Positions 25,651-40,940 of a stretch of 64,000 bases of DNA are shown here, in pieces. Source of the DNA: Eledone cirrhosa (Eukaryota). Where the stretch lies: positions 13,020,001 through 13,084,000 of the forward strand of contig OZ024744.1 of the NCBI GenBank assembly GCA_964016885.1, written 5' to 3'. The translations under genes were made by a program, and so were the position numbers. Below the pieces are notes generated by a model that did no database searches, was not told where the DNA came from, and saw only the letters and a list, made by a program, of their open reading frames with translations. Each line of letters opens with the position of its first letter. Position 1 is the stretch's first letter.

Positions 25651-28600
25651 GAACTCCCATACTATGGACATGAGGTTTGAATGTCTCAGTAGGTCAGAGA
25701 GTCACTCCAGTTAAAGCTACTCTCTAAATTGAGAGATCACAACTCCCATACTATGGACATGGGGTTTGAATGTCTCAGTAGATCAGAGAGTCACTCCAGT
25801 TAAAGCTACTCTCTAAATTGAGAGATCACAACTCCAATACTATGGACATGGGGTTTGAATGTCTCAGTAGATCAGAGTGTCACTCCAATTAAAGCCACTC
25901 TCTAAATTGAGAGATCACAACTCCAATACTATGGACAAGTGGTTAGAATGTCTCAGTAGATCAGAGTGTCACTCCAGTTAAAGCCACTCTCTAAATTGAG
26001 AGATCACAACTTCCATACTATGGACATGTGGTTAGAATGTCTCAGTAGATCAGAGAGTCACTCCAGTTAAAGCCACTCTCTAAATTGAGAGATCACACCT
26101 TCCATACTATGGACATGTGGTTAGAATGTCTCAGTTGATCAAAGAGTCACTCCAGTTAAAGCTACTCTCTAACTTGAGAGATCACGACTCCCATACTATG
26201 GACATGTGGTTAGAATGTCTCAGTAGATCAGATAGTCACTCCAGTTAAAGCCACTCTCTAAATTGAGAGATCACAACTCCAATACTATGGACATGTGGTT
26301 AGAATGTCTCAGTAGATCAGTGTGTCACTCCAGTTGAAGCCACTCTCTAAATTGAGAGATCACAACTCCAATACTATGGACATGGGGTTTGAATGTCTCA
26401 GTAGATCAGAGAGTCACTCCAGTTAAAGCCACTCTCTAAATTGAAAGATAACAACTCCAATACTATGGATATGGTGTTTGTATGTCTCAGTAGATCAGAG
26501 AGTCACTCCAGTTAAAGCTACTCTCTAAATTAAGATATCACAACTCCAATACTATGAACATGGGGTTTGAATGTCTCAGTAGATCAGAGAGTCACTCCAG
26601 TTAAAGCTACTCTATAAATTGAGAGATCACAACTCCAATACTATGGACATGGGGTATGAATGTCTCAGTAGATCGGAGTGTCACTCCAGTTAAATCTATT
26701 GTCTAAATTGAGAGATCACAACTCCAATACTATGGTCATGTGGTTAGAATGTCTCAGTAGATCAGAGAGTCACTCCAGTTAAAGCCACTCTCTAAATTGA
26801 GAGATCACAACTCCAATACTATGGACATGTGGTTAGAATGTCTCAGTAGATCAGAGAGTCACTCCAGTTAAAGCCAATCTCTAAATAGAGAGATCACAAC
26901 TCCAATACTATGGACATGTGGTTAGAATGTCTCAGTAGATCAGAGTGTCACTCCAGTTAAAGCCACTCTCTAAATTGAGAGATCACAACTTCCATACTAT
27001 GGACATGTGGTTAGAATGTTTCAGTAGATCAGAGAGTCACTCCGGTTAAAGCCACTCTCTAAATTGAGAGATCACAACTCCAATACTATGGACATGTGGT
27101 TAGAATTTCTCAGTAGATTGGAGTGTCACTCCAGTTAAAGCTACTCTCTAAATTGAGAGATCACAACTCCCATACTATGGACATGTGGGTAGAATGTCTC
27201 AGTAGATCAGAGAGTCACTCCAGTTAAAGCCACTCTCTAAATTGAGAGATCACAACTCCAATACTATGGACATGTGGTTAGAATGTCTCAGTAGATCAGA
27301 GAGTCACTCCAGTTAAAGCTACTCTCTAAATTGAGAGATCACAACTCCCATACTATGGCCATGTGTTTAGAATGTCTCAGATGATCAGAGTGTCACTCCA
27401 GTTAAAACCACTCTCTAAATTGAAAGATCACAACTCCAATACTATGGACATGGGGTTTGAATGTCTCAGTAGACCAGAGTGTCACTCCAGTTAAAGCTAC
27501 TCTCTAAAATGAGAGATCACAACTCCCATACTATGGACATCTGGTTAGAATGTCTCAGTAGATCAGAGAGTCACTCCAGTTGAAGCTTCTCTCTAAATTG
27601 AGAGATCAGAACTCCCATACTATGGACATGGGGTTTGAATGTCTCAGTAGGTCAGAGAGTCACTCCAGTTAAAGCTACTCTCTAAATTGAGAGATCACAA
27701 CTCCAATACTATGGACATGGTTTATGAATGTCTCAGTAGATCGGAGTGTCACTCCAGTTAAAGCTACTCTCTAAATTGAGAGATCACAACTCCAATACTA
27801 TGGACATTGGGTTTGAATGTCTCAGTAGATCAGAGAGTCACTCCAGTTAAAGCTACTCTCTAAATTGAGAGATCACAACTCCCATACTATGGACATGGGG
27901 TTTGAATGTCTCAGTAGATCAGAGAGTCACTCGAGTTAAAGCTACTCTCTAAATTGATTGATCACAACTCCAATACTATGGACATGGGGTTTGAATGTGT
28001 CAGTAGATCAGAGTGTCACTCCAGTTAAAGCTACTCTCTAAATTGAAAGATCACAACTCCAATACTATGGACATGTGGTTAGAATTTCTCAGTAGATTAG
28101 AGTGTCACTCCAGTTAAAGCTACTCTCTAAATTGAGAGATCACAACTCCCATACCATGGACATGTGGGTAGAATGTCTCAGTAGATCAGAGAGTCGCTCC
28201 ACTTAAAGCCACTCTCTAAATTGAGAGATCACAACTCCAATACTATGGACAAGTGGTTAGAATGTCTCAGTAGATCAGAGAGTCACTCCAGTTAAAGCCA
28301 CTCTCTAAATTGAGAGATCACACCTTCCATACTATGGACATGTGGTTAGAATGTCTCAGTAGATCAAAGAGTCACTCCAGTTAAAGCTACTCTCTAACTT
28401 GAGAGATCACAACTCCCATACTATGGACATGTGGTTAGAATGTCTCAGTAGATCAGAGAGTCACTCCAGTTAAAGCCACTCTCTAAATTGAGAGATCACA
28501 ACTCCAATACTATGGACATGAGGTTAGAATGTCTCAGTAGATCAGAGAGTCACTCCAGTTAAAGCTACTCTATAAATTGAGAGATCACAACTCCAATACT

Positions 28601-31600
28601 ATGGGCATGGGGTATGAATGTCTCAGTAGATCGGAGTGTCACTCCAGTTAAAGCTACTCTCTAAATTGAGAGATCACAACTCCAATACTATGGACATGGG
28701 GTTTGAATGTCTCAGTAGATCAGAGAGTCACTCCAGTTAAAGCTACTCTCTAAATTGAGAGATCACAACTCCCATACTATGGACATGTGTTTAGAATGTC
28801 TCAGATGATCAGAGTGTCACTCCAGTTAAAACCACTCTCTGAATTGAGAGATCACAACTCCAATACTATGGTCATGTGGTTAGAACGTCTCAGTAGATCA
28901 GAGAGTCACTCCAGTTAAAGCCACTCTCTAAATTGAGAGATCACAACTCCAATACTATGGACATGTGGTTAGAATGTCTCAGTAGATCAGAGAGTCACTC
29001 CAGTTAAAGCCACTCTCTAAATAGAGAGATCACAACTCCAATACTATGGACATGTGGTTAGAATGTCTCAGTAGATCAGAGTGTCACTCCAGTTAAAGCC
29101 ACTCTCTAAATTGAGAGATCACAACTTCCATACTATGGACATGTGGTTAGAATGTCTCAGTAGATCAGAGTGTCACTCCAGTTGAAGCCACTCTCTAAAT
29201 TGAGAGATCACAACTCCAATACTATGGACATGGGGTTTGAATGTCTCAGTAGATCAGAGAGTCACTCCAGTTAAAGCCACTCTCTAAATTGAAAGATAAC
29301 AACTCCAATACTATGGACATGGTGTTTGAATCTCTCAGTAGATCAGAGTGTCACTCCAGTTAAAGCTACTCTCTAAATTGAGATATCACAACTCCAATAC
29401 TATGAACATGGGGTTTGAATGTCTCAGTAGATCAGAGAGTCACTCCAGTTAAAGCTACTCTATAAATTGAGAGATCACAACTCCAATACTATGGACATGG
29501 AGTATGAATGTCTCAGTAGATTGGAGTGTCACTCCAGTTAAAGCTACTCTCTAAATTGAGAGATCACAACTCCAATACTATGGACATGTGGTTAGAATGT
29601 CTCAGTAGATCAGAGTGTCACTCCAGTTGAAGCCACTCTCTAAATTGAGAGATCACAACTCCAATACTATGGACATGGAGTTTGAATGTCTCAGTAGATC
29701 AGAGAGTCACTCCAGTTAAAGCCACTCTCTAAATTGAAAGATCACAACTCCAATACTATGGACATGGTGTTTGAATCTCTCAGTAGATCAGAGTGTCACT
29801 CCAGTTAAAGCTACTCTCTAAATTGAGATATCACAACTCCAATACTATGAACATGGGGTTTGAATGTCTCAGTAGATCAGAGAGTCACTCCAGTTAAAGC
29901 TACTCTATAAATTGAGAGATTACAACTCCAATACTATGGACATGGGGTATGAATGTCTCAGTAGATCGGAGTGTCACTCCAGTTAAAGCTACTCTCTAAA
30001 TTGAGAGATCACAACTCCAATACTATGGACATGGGGTTTGAATGTCTCAGTAGACCAGAGTGTCACTCCAGTTAAAGCTACTCTCTAAAATGAGAGATCA
30101 CAACTCCCATACTATGGACATCTGGTTAGAATGTCTCAGTAGATTAGAGAGTCACTCCAGTTGAAGCTACTCTCTAAATTGAGAGATCACAACTCCAATA
30201 CTATGGACATGGAGTTTGAATGTCTCAGTAGATCAGAGAGTCACTCCAGTTAAAGCCACTCTCTAAATTGAAAGATCACAACTCCAATACTATGGACATG
30301 GGGTTTGAATGTCTCAGTAGGTCAGAGAGTCACTCCAGTTAAAGCTACTCTCTAAATTGAGAGATCACAACTCCAATACTATGGACATGGAGTTTGAATG
30401 TCTCAGTAGATCAGAGAGTCACTCCAGTTAAAGCTACTCACTAAATTGAGAGATCACAACTCCCATACTATGGACATAGGATTTGAATGTCTCAGTAGAT
30501 CAGAGAGTCACTCCAGTTAAAGCTACTCTCTAAATTGAGCGATCACAACTCCAATACTATGGACATGGGGTTTGAATGTCTCAGTAGATCAGAGTGTCAC
30601 TCCAGTTAAAGCTACTCTCTAAATTGAAAGATCACAACTGCAATACTATGGACATGTGGTTAGAATTTCTCAGTAGATTAGAGTGTCACTCCAGTTAAAG
30701 CTACTCTCTAAATTGAGAGATCACAACTCCCATACTATGGACATGTGGGTAGAATGTCTCAGTAGATCAGAGAGTCACTCCAATTAAAGCCACTTTCTAA
30801 ATTGAGAGATCACAACTCCAATACTATGGACAAGTGGTTAGAATGTCTCAGTAGATCAGAGTGTCACTCCAGTTAAAGCCACTCTCTAAATTGAGAGATC
30901 ACAACTTCCATACTATGGACATGTGGTTAGAATGTCTCAGTAGATCAGAGAGTCACTCTAGTTAAAGCCACTCTCTAAATTGAGAGATCACACCTTCCAT
31001 ACTATGGACATGTGGTTAGAATGTCTCAGTAGATCAGAGAGTCACTCCAGTTAAAGCCACTCTCTAAATTGAGAGATCACAACTCCAATTCTATGGACAT
31101 GTGGCTAGAATGTCTCAGTAGATCAGAGTGTCACTCCAGTTGAAGCCACTCTCTAAATTGAGAGATCACAACTTCCATACTATGGACATGTGGTTAGAAT
31201 TTCTCAGTAGATTGGAGTGTCACTCCAGTTAAAGCTACTCTCTAAATTGAGAGATCACAACATCCCATACTATGGACATGTGGGTAGAACGTCTCAGTAG
31301 ATCAGAGAGTCACTCCAGTTAAAGCCACTCTCTAAATTGAGAGATCACAACTCCAATACTATGGACATGTGGTTAGAATGTCTCAGTAGATCATAGAGTC
31401 ACTCCAGTTAAAGCCACTCTCTAAATTGAAAGATCACAACTCCAATACTATGGACATGGTGTTTGAATCTCTCAGTAGATCAGAGTGTCACTCCAGTTAA
31501 AGCTACTCTCTAAATTGAGATATCACAACTCCAATACTATGAACATGGGGTTTGAATGTCTCAGTAGATCAGAGAGTCACTCCAGTTAAAGCTACTCTCT

Positions 31601-34299
31601 AAATTTAGAGATCACAACTCCAATACTATGGACATGTGGTTAGAATGTCTCAGTAGATCAGAGAGCCACTCCAGTTAAAGCCACTCTCTGAATTGAGAGA
31701 TCACAACTCCAATACTATGGTCATGTGGTTAGAATGTCTCAGTAGATCAGAGAGTCACTCCAGTTAAAGCTACTCTCTAAATTGAAAGATCACACCTCCC
31801 ATACTATGGACATGTGTTTAGAATGTCTCAGATGATCAGAGTGTCACTCCAGTTAAAACCACTCTCTAAATTGAGAGATCACAACTCCAATACTATGGTC
31901 ATGTGGTTAGAATGTCTCAGTAGATCAGAGTGTCACTCCAGTTAAAGCCACTCTCTAAATTGAGAGATCACAACTACCATACTATGGACATGTGGTTAGA
32001 ATGTTTCAGTAGATCAGAGAGTCACTCCGGTTAAAGCCACTCTATAAATTGAGAGATCACAACTCCAATACTATGGACATGTGGTTAGAATTTCTCAGTA
32101 GATTGGAGTGTCACTCCAGTTAAAGCTACTCTCTAAATTGAGAGATCACAACTCCCATACTATGGACATGTGGGTAGAATGTCTCAGATGATCAGAGTGT
32201 CACTCCAGTTAAAACCACTCTCTAAATTGAAAGATCACAACTCCAATACTATGGACATGGGGTTTGAATGTCTCAGTAGATCAGAGAGTCACTCCAGTTA
32301 AAGCCACTCTCTAAATTGAGATATCACAACTCCAATACTATGAACATGGGGTTTGAATGTCTCAGTAGATCAGAGAGTCACTTCAGTTAAAGCTACTCTC
32401 TAAATTGAGAGATCACAACTCCAATACTATGGACATGGGGTTTGAATGTCTCAGTAGATCAGAGAGTCACTCCAGTTAAAGCTACTCTCTAAATTGAGAG
32501 ATCACAACTCCCATACTATGGACATGGGGTTTGAATGTCTCAGTAGATCAGAGAGTCACTCCAGTTAAAGCTACTCTCTAAATTGAAAGATCACAACTCC
32601 AATACTATGGACATGTGGTTAGAATTTCTCAGTAGATTAGAGTGTCACTCCAGTTAAAGCCACTCTCTAAATTGAGAGATCACAACTCCAATACTATGGA
32701 CAAGTGGTTAGAATGTCTCAGTAGATCAGAGTGTCACTCCAGTTAAAGCCACTCTCTAAATTGAGAGATCACAACTTCCATACTATGGACATGTAGTTAG
32801 AATGTCTCAGTAGATCAGAGAGTCACTCCAGTTAAAGCCACTCTCTAAATTGAGAGATCACACCTTCCATACTATGAACATGTGGTTAGAATGTCTCAGT
32901 AGATCAGAGAGTCACTCCAGTTAAAGCTACTCTCTAACTTGAGAGATCACAACTCCCATACTATGGACATGTGGTTAGAATGTCTCAGTAGATCAGAGAG
33001 TCACTCCAGTTAAAGCCACTCTCTAAATTGAGAGATCACAACTCCAATACTATGGACATGTGGTTAGAATGTCTCAGTAGATCAGAGTGTCACTCCAGTT
33101 GAAGCCACTCTCTAAATTGAGAGATCACAACTTGCATACTATGGACAAGTGGTTAGAATGTCTCAGTAGATTAGAGTGTCATACCAGTTAAAGCTACTCT
33201 CTAAATTGAGTGATCACAACTCCCATAATATGGACATGTTGGTAGAATGTCTCAGTAGATCAGAGAGTCACTCCAGTTAAATACACTAATTCTCTAAATT
33301 GAGAGATCACAACACCCATATTATGAACATGTGGTTAGAATGTCTCAGATGATCAGAGTGTCACTCCAGTTAAAGCTACTCTCTAAATTGAGAGATCACA
33401 ACTCCAATACTATGGACATGGGGTTTGAATGTCTCAGTAGACCAGAGTGTCACTCCAGTTAAAGCTACTCTCTAAAATGAGAGATCACAACTCCAATACT
33501 ATGGACATGTGGTTAGAATGTCTCAGTAGATCAGAGTGTCACTCCAGTTAAAGCTACTCTCTAAATTGAGAGATCACAACTCCAATACTATGGACATGGG
33601 GTTAGAATGTCTCAGTAGATTAGAGTGTCACTCCAGTTAAATCTACTCTCTAAATTGAGAGATCACAACGCCCATACTATGGACATGTGGGTAGAATGTG
33701 TCAGTAGATCAGAGAGTCACTCCAGTTAAAGCCACTCTCTAAATTGAGAGATCACAACTCCAATACTATGGACATGGTATATGAATGTCTCAGTAGATCG
33801 GAGTGTCACTCCAGTTAAAGCTACTCCCTAAATTGAGAGATCACAACTCCAATACTATGGACATGGGGTTTGAATGTCTCAGTAGATCAGAGAGTCACTC
33901 CATTTAAAGCTACTCTCTAAATTGAGAGATCACAACTCCCATACTATGGCCATGGGGTTTGAATGTCTCAGTAGATCAGAGAGTCACTCCAGTTAAAGCT
34001 ACTCTCTAAATTGAGAGATCACAACTCCAATACTATGGACATGGGTTTTGAATGTCTCAGTAGATCAGAGTGTCACTCCAGTTAAAGCTACTCTCTAAAT
34101 TGAAAGATCACAACTCCAATACTATGGACATGTGGTTAGAATTTCTCAGTAGATTAGAGTGTCACTCCAGTTAAAGCTACTCTCTAAATTGAGAGATCAC
34201 AACTCCCATACTATGGACATGTGGGTAGAATGTCTCAGTAGATCAGAGAGTCACTCCAATTAAAGCCACTCTCTAAATTGAGAGATCACAACTCCAATA

Positions 34300-37200
34300 C
34301 TATGGACAAGTGGTTAGAATGTCTCAGTAGATCAGAGTGTCACTCCAGTTAAAGCCACTCTCTAAATTGAGAGATCACAACTTCCATACTATGGACATGT
34401 GGTTAGAATGTCTCAGTAGATCAGAGAGTCACTCCAGTTAAAGCCACTCTCTAAATTGAGAGATCACACCTACCATACTATGGACATGTGGTTAGAATGT
34501 CTCAGTAGATCAAAGAGTCACTCCAGTTAAAGCTTCTCTCTAACTTGAGAGATCACAACTCCCATACTATGAACATGTGGTTAGAATGTCTCAGTAGATC
34601 AGAGAGTCACTCCAGTTAAAGCCACTCTATAAATTGAGAGATCACAACTCCATTACTATGGACATGAGGTTAGAATGTCTCAGTAGATCAGAGAGTCACT
34701 CCAGTTAAAGCCACTCTCTAAATTGAAAGATAACAACTCCAATACTATGGACATGGTGTTTGAATCTCTCAGTAGATCAGAGTGTCACTCCAGTTAAAGC
34801 TACTCTCTAAATTGAGATATCACAACTCCAATACTATGAACATGGGGTTTGAATGTCTCAGTAGATCAGAGAGTCACTCCAGTTAAAGCTACTCTATAAA
34901 TTGAGAGATCACAACTCCAATACTATGGACATGGGGTATGAATGTCTCAGTAGATCGGAGTGTCACTCCAGTTAAAGCTACTCTCTAAATTGAGAGATCA
35001 CAACTCCAATACTATGGACATGTGGTTAGAATGTCTCAGTAGATCAGAGTGTCACTCCAGTTGAAGCCACTCTCTAAATTGAGAGATTACAACTCCAATA
35101 CTATGGACATGGAGTTTGAATGTCTCAGTAGATCAGAGAGTCACTCCAGTTAAAGCCACTCTCTGAATTGAAAGATCACAACTCCAATACTATGGACATG
35201 GTGTTTGAATCTCTCAGTAGATCAGAGTGTCACTCCAGTTAAAGCTACTCTCTAAATTGAGATATCACAACTCCAATTCTATGAACATGGGGTTTGAATG
35301 TCTCAGTAGATCAGAGAATCACTCCAGTTAAAGCTACTCTCTAAATTGAGAGATCACAACTCCAATACTATGGACATGGGGTTTGAATGTCTCAGTAGAC
35401 CAGAGTGTCACTCCAGTTAAAGCTACTCTCTAAAATGAGAGATCACAACTCCCATACTATGGACATCTGGTTAGAATGTCTCAGTAGATTAGAGAGTCAC
35501 TCCAGTTGAAGCTACTCTCTAAATTGAGAGATCAGAACTCCCATACTATGGACATGGGGTTTGAATGTCTCAGTAGGTCAGAGAATCACTCCAGTTAAAG
35601 CTACTCTCTAAATTGAGAGATCACAACTCCAATACTATGGACATGGTATATGAATGTCTCAGTATATCGGAGTGTCTCTCCAGTTAAAGCTACTCTCTAA
35701 ATTGAGAGATCACAACTCCAATACTATGGACATGGGGTTTGAATGTCTCAGTAGATCAGAGAGTCACTCCAGTTGAAGCCACTCTCTAAATTGAGAGATT
35801 ACAACTCCAATACTATGGACATGGAGTTTGAATGTCTCAGTAGATCAGAGAGTCACTCCAGTTAAAGCCACTCTCTGAATTGAAAGATCACAACTCCAAT
35901 ACTATGGACATGGTGTTTGAATCTCTCAGTAGATCAGAGTGTCACTCCAGTTAAAGCTACTCTCTAAATTGAGATATCACAACTCCAATTCTATGAACAT
36001 GGGGTTTGAATGTCTCAGTAGATCAGAGAGTCACTCCAGTTAAAGCTACTCTCTAAATTGAGAGATCACAACTCCAATACTATGGACATGGGGTTTGAAT
36101 GTCTCAGTAGACCAGAGTGTCACTCCAGTTAAAGCTACTCTCTAAAATGAGAGATCACAACTCCCATACTATGGACATCTGGTTAGAATGTCTCAGTAGA
36201 TTAGAGAGTCACTCCAGTTGAAGCTACTCTCTAAATTGAGAGATCACAACTCCAATACTATGGACATGGGGTTTGAATGTCTCAGTAGATCAGAGAGTCA
36301 CTCCAGTTAAAGCTACTCTCTAAATTGAGAGATCACAACTCCCATACTATGGACATGGGGTTTGAATGTCTCAGTGGATCAGAGAGTCACTCCAGTTAAA
36401 GCTACTCTCTAAATTGAGAGATCACAACTCCAATACTATGGACATGGGGTTTGAATGTCTCAGTAGATCAGAGTGTCACTCCAGTTAAAGCTACTCTCTA
36501 AATTGAAAGATCACAACTCCAATACTATGGACATGTGGTTAGAATTTCTCAGTAGATTAGAGTGTCACTCCAGTTAAAGCCACTCTCTAAATTGAGAGAT
36601 CACAACTCCCATACTATGGACATGTGGGTAGAATGTCTCAGTAGATCAGAGAGTCACTCCAATTAAAGCCACTTTCTAAATTGAGAGATCACAACTCCAA
36701 TACTATGGACAAGTGGTTAGAATGTCTCAGTAGATCAGAGTGTCACTCCAGTTAAAGCCACTCTCTAAATTGAGAGATCACAACTTCCATACTATGGACA
36801 TGTGGTTAGAATGTCTCAGTAGATCAGAGAGTCACTCCAGTTAAAGCCACTCTCTAAATTGAGAGATCACACCTACCATACTATGGACATGTGATTAGAA
36901 TGTCTCAGTAGATCAAAGAGTCACTCCAGTTAAAGCTTCTCTCTAACTTGAGAGATCACAACTCCCATACTATGAACATGTGGTTAGAATGTCTCAGTAG
37001 ATCAGAGAGTCACTCCAGTTAAAGCCACTCTCTAAATTGAGAGATCACAACTCCAATACTATGGACATGAGGTTAGAATGTCTCAGTACATCAGAGTGTC
37101 ACTCCAGTTGAAGCCACTCTCTAAATTGAGAGATCACAACTCCAATACTATGGACATGGGGTTTGAATGTCTCAGTAGATCAGAGAGTCACTCCAGTTAA

Positions 37201-38950
37201 AGCCACTCTCTAAATTGAAAGATAACAACTCCAATACTATGGACATGGTGTTTGAATCTCTCAGTAGATCAGAGTGTCACTCCAGTTAAAGCTACTCTCT
37301 AAATTGAGATATCACAACTCCAATACTATGAACATGGGGTTTGAATGTCTCAGTAGATCAGAGAGTCACTCCAGTTAAAGCTACTCTATAAATTGAGAGA
37401 TCACAACTCCAATACTATGGACATGGGGTATGAATGTCTCAGTAGATCGGAGTGTCACTCCAGTTAAAGCTACTCTCTAAATTGAGAGATCACAACTCCA
37501 ATACTATGGACATGTGGTTAGAATGTCTCAGTAGATCAGAGTGTCACTCCAGTTGAAGCCACTCTCTAAATTGAGAGATTACAACTCCAATACTATGGAC
37601 ATGGAGTTTGAATGTCTCAGTAGATCAGAGAGTCACTCCAGTTAAAGCCACTCTCTGAATTGAAAGATCACAACTCCAATACTATGGACATGGTGTTTGA
37701 ATCTCTCAGTAGATCAGAGTGTCACTCCAGTTAAAGCTACTCTCTAAATTGAGATATCACAACTCCAATTCTATGAACATGGGGTTTGAATGTCTCAGTA
37801 GATCAGAGAGTCACTCCAGTTAAAGCTACTCTCTAAATTGAGAGATCACAACTCCAATACTATGGACATGGGGTTTGAATGTCTCAGTAGACCAGAGTGT
37901 CACTCCAGTTAAAGCTACTCTCTAAAATGAGAGATCACAACTCCCATACTATGGACATCTGGTTAGAATGTCTCAGTAGATTAGAGAGTCACTCCAGTTG
38001 AAGCTACTCTCTAAATTGAGAGATCAGAACTCCCATACTATGGACATGGGGTTTGAATGTCTCAGTAGGTCAGAGAATCACTCCAGTTAAAGCTACTCTC
38101 TAAATTGAGAGATCACAACTCCAATACTATGGACATGGTATATGAATGTCTCAGTATATCGGAGTGTCTCTCCAGTTAAAGTTACTCTCTAAATTGAGAG
38201 ATCACAACTCCAATACTATGGACATGGGGTTTGAATGTCTCAGTAGATCAGAGAGTCACTCCAGTTGAAGCCACTCTCTAAATTGAGAGATTACAACTCC
38301 AATACTATGGACATGGAGTTTGAATGTCTCAGTAGATCAGAGAGTCACTCCAGTTAAAGCCACTCTCTGAATTGAAAGATCACAACTCCAATACTATGGA
38401 CATGGTGTTTGAATCTCTCAGTAGATCAGAGTGTCACTCCAGTTAAAGCTACTCTCTAAATTGAGATATCACAACTCCAATTCTATGAACATGGGGTTTG
38501 AATGTCTCAGTAGATCAGAGAGTCACTCCAGTTAAAGCTACTCTCTAAATTGAGAGATCACAACTCCAATACTATGGACATGGGGTTTGAATGTCTCAGT
38601 AGACCAGAGTGTCACTCCAGTTAAAGCTACTCTCTAAAATGAGAGATCACAACTCCCATACTATGGACATCTGGTTAGAATGTCTCAGTAGATTAGAGAG
38701 TCACTCCAGTTGAAGCTACTCTCTAAATTGAGAGATCAGAACTCCCATACTATGGACATGGGGTTTGAATGTCTCAGTAGGTCAGAGAGTCACTCCAGTT
38801 AAAGCTACTCTCTAAATTGAGAGATCACAACTCCAATACTATGGACATGGTATATGAATGTCTCAGTATATCGGAGTGTCTCTCCAGTTAAAGCTACTCT
38901 ATAAATTGAGAGATCACAACTCCAATACTATGGACATGGGGTTTGAATGT
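34300..38950 (+). repeat. 27-28 monomer tandem duplication containing a nested 8-monomer duplication
   Basis: ACACCTACC 34466/36869 (27x89); GATTAC...GGAGTTT at 35085, 35797, 37577 and 38289 (spacings 712 = 8x89 and 2492 = 28x89). Confidence 0.87.
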
Positions 38951-39779
38951 CTCAGTAGATCAGAGAGTCACTTCAGTTAAATGCTACTCTCTAAATTGAG
39001 AGATCACAACTCCAATACTATGGACATGGGGTTTGAATGTCTCAGTAGATCAGAGAGTCACTCCAGTTAAAGCTACTCTCTAAATTGAGAGATCACAACT
39101 CCCATACTATGGACATGGGGTTTGAATGTCTCAGTGGATCGGAGAGTCACTCCAGTTAAAGCTACTCTCTAAATTGAGAGATCACAACTCCAATACTATG
39201 GACATGGGGTTTGAATGTCTCAGTAGATCAGAGTGTCACTCCAGTTAAAGCTACTCTCTAAATTGAAAGATCACAACTCCAATACTATGGACATGTGGTT
39301 AGAATTTCTCAGTAGATTAGAGTGTCACTCCAGTTAAAGCCACTCTCTAAATTGAGAGATCACAACTCCCATACTATGGACATGTGGGTAGAATGTCTCA
39401 GTAGATCAGAGAGTCACTCCAATTAAAGCCACTTTCTAAATTGAGAGATCACAACTCCAATACTATGGACAAGTGGTTAGAATGTCTCAGTAGATCAGAG
39501 TGTCACTCCAGTTAAAGCCACTCTCTAAATTGAGAGATCACAACTTCCATACTATGGACATGTGGTTAGAATGTCTCAGTAGATCAGAGAGTCACTCTAG
39601 TTAAAGCCACTCTCTAAATTGAGAGATCACACCTTCCATACTATGGACATGTGGTTAGAATGTCTCAATAGATCAGAGAGTCACTCCAGTTAAAGCTACT
39701 CTCTAACTTGAAAGATCACAACTCCCATACTATGGACATGTGGTTAGAACGTCTCAGTAGATCAGAGAGTCACTCCAGT

Positions 39780-40940
39780 TAAAGCCACTCTCTAAATTGA
39801 GAGATCACAACTCCAATACTATGGACATGTGGTTAGAATGTCTCAGTAGATCAGAGAGTCACGCCAGTTAAAGCTACTCTCTAAATTGAGAGATCACAAC
39901 TCCCATACTATGGACATGTGGTTAGAATGTCTCAGTAGATCAGAGAGTCACTCCAGTTAAAGCTACTCTCTAAATAAAGAGATGACAACTCCAATACTAT
40001 GGACATGGGGTTTGAATGTCTCAATAGATCAGAGAGTCACTCCAGTTAAAGCTACTCTCTAAATTGAGAGATCACAACTCCCATACTATGGACATGTGGT
40101 TAGAATGTCTCAGTAGATCAGAGAGTCACTCCAGTTAAAGCTACTCTCTAAATTGAGAGATCGCAACTCCAATACTATGGACATGTGGTTAGAATGTCTC
40201 AGTAGATCAGAGAGCCACTCCAGTTAAAGCCACTCTCTAAATTGAGAGATCACAACTCCAATACTATGGTCATGTGGTTAGAATGTCTCAGTAGATCAGA
40301 GAGTCACTCCAGTTAAAGCTACTCTCTAAATTGAGATATCACAACTCCAATACTATGAACATGGGGTTTGAATGTCTCAGTAGATCAGAGAGTCACTCCA
40401 GTTAAAGCTACTCTCTAAATTGAGAGATCACAACTCCAACACTATGGACATGTGGTTAGAATGTCTCAGTAGATCAGAGAGTCACGCCAGTTAAAGCTAC
40501 TCTCTAAATTGAGAGATCACAACTCCCATACTATGGACATGTGGTTAGAATGTCTCAGTAGATCAGAGAGTCACTCCAGTTAAAGCTACTCTCTAAATAA
40601 AGAGATGACAACTCCAATACTATGGACATGGGGTTTGAATGTCTCAATAGATCAGAGAGTCACTCCAGTTAAAGCTACTCTCTAAATTGAGAGATCACAA
40701 CTCCCATACTATGGACATGTGGTTAGAATGTCTCAGTAGATCAGAGAGTCACTCCAGTTAAAGCTACTCTCTAAATTGAGAGATCGCAACTCCAATACTA
40801 TGGACATGTGGTTAGAATGTCTCAGTAGATCAGAGAGCCACTCCAGTTAAAGCCACTCTCTAAATTGAGAGATCACAACTCCAATACTATGGTCATGTGG
40901 TTAGAATGTCTCAGTAGATCAGAGAGTCACTCCAGTTAAA
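39780..40940 (+). repeat. 7-monomer (623 bp) tandem duplication
   Basis: AAATAAAGAGATGAC 39972/40595 and TCGCAAC 40161/40784 (offset 623); CACGCC and GAGCCAC are also shared. Confidence 0.88.
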
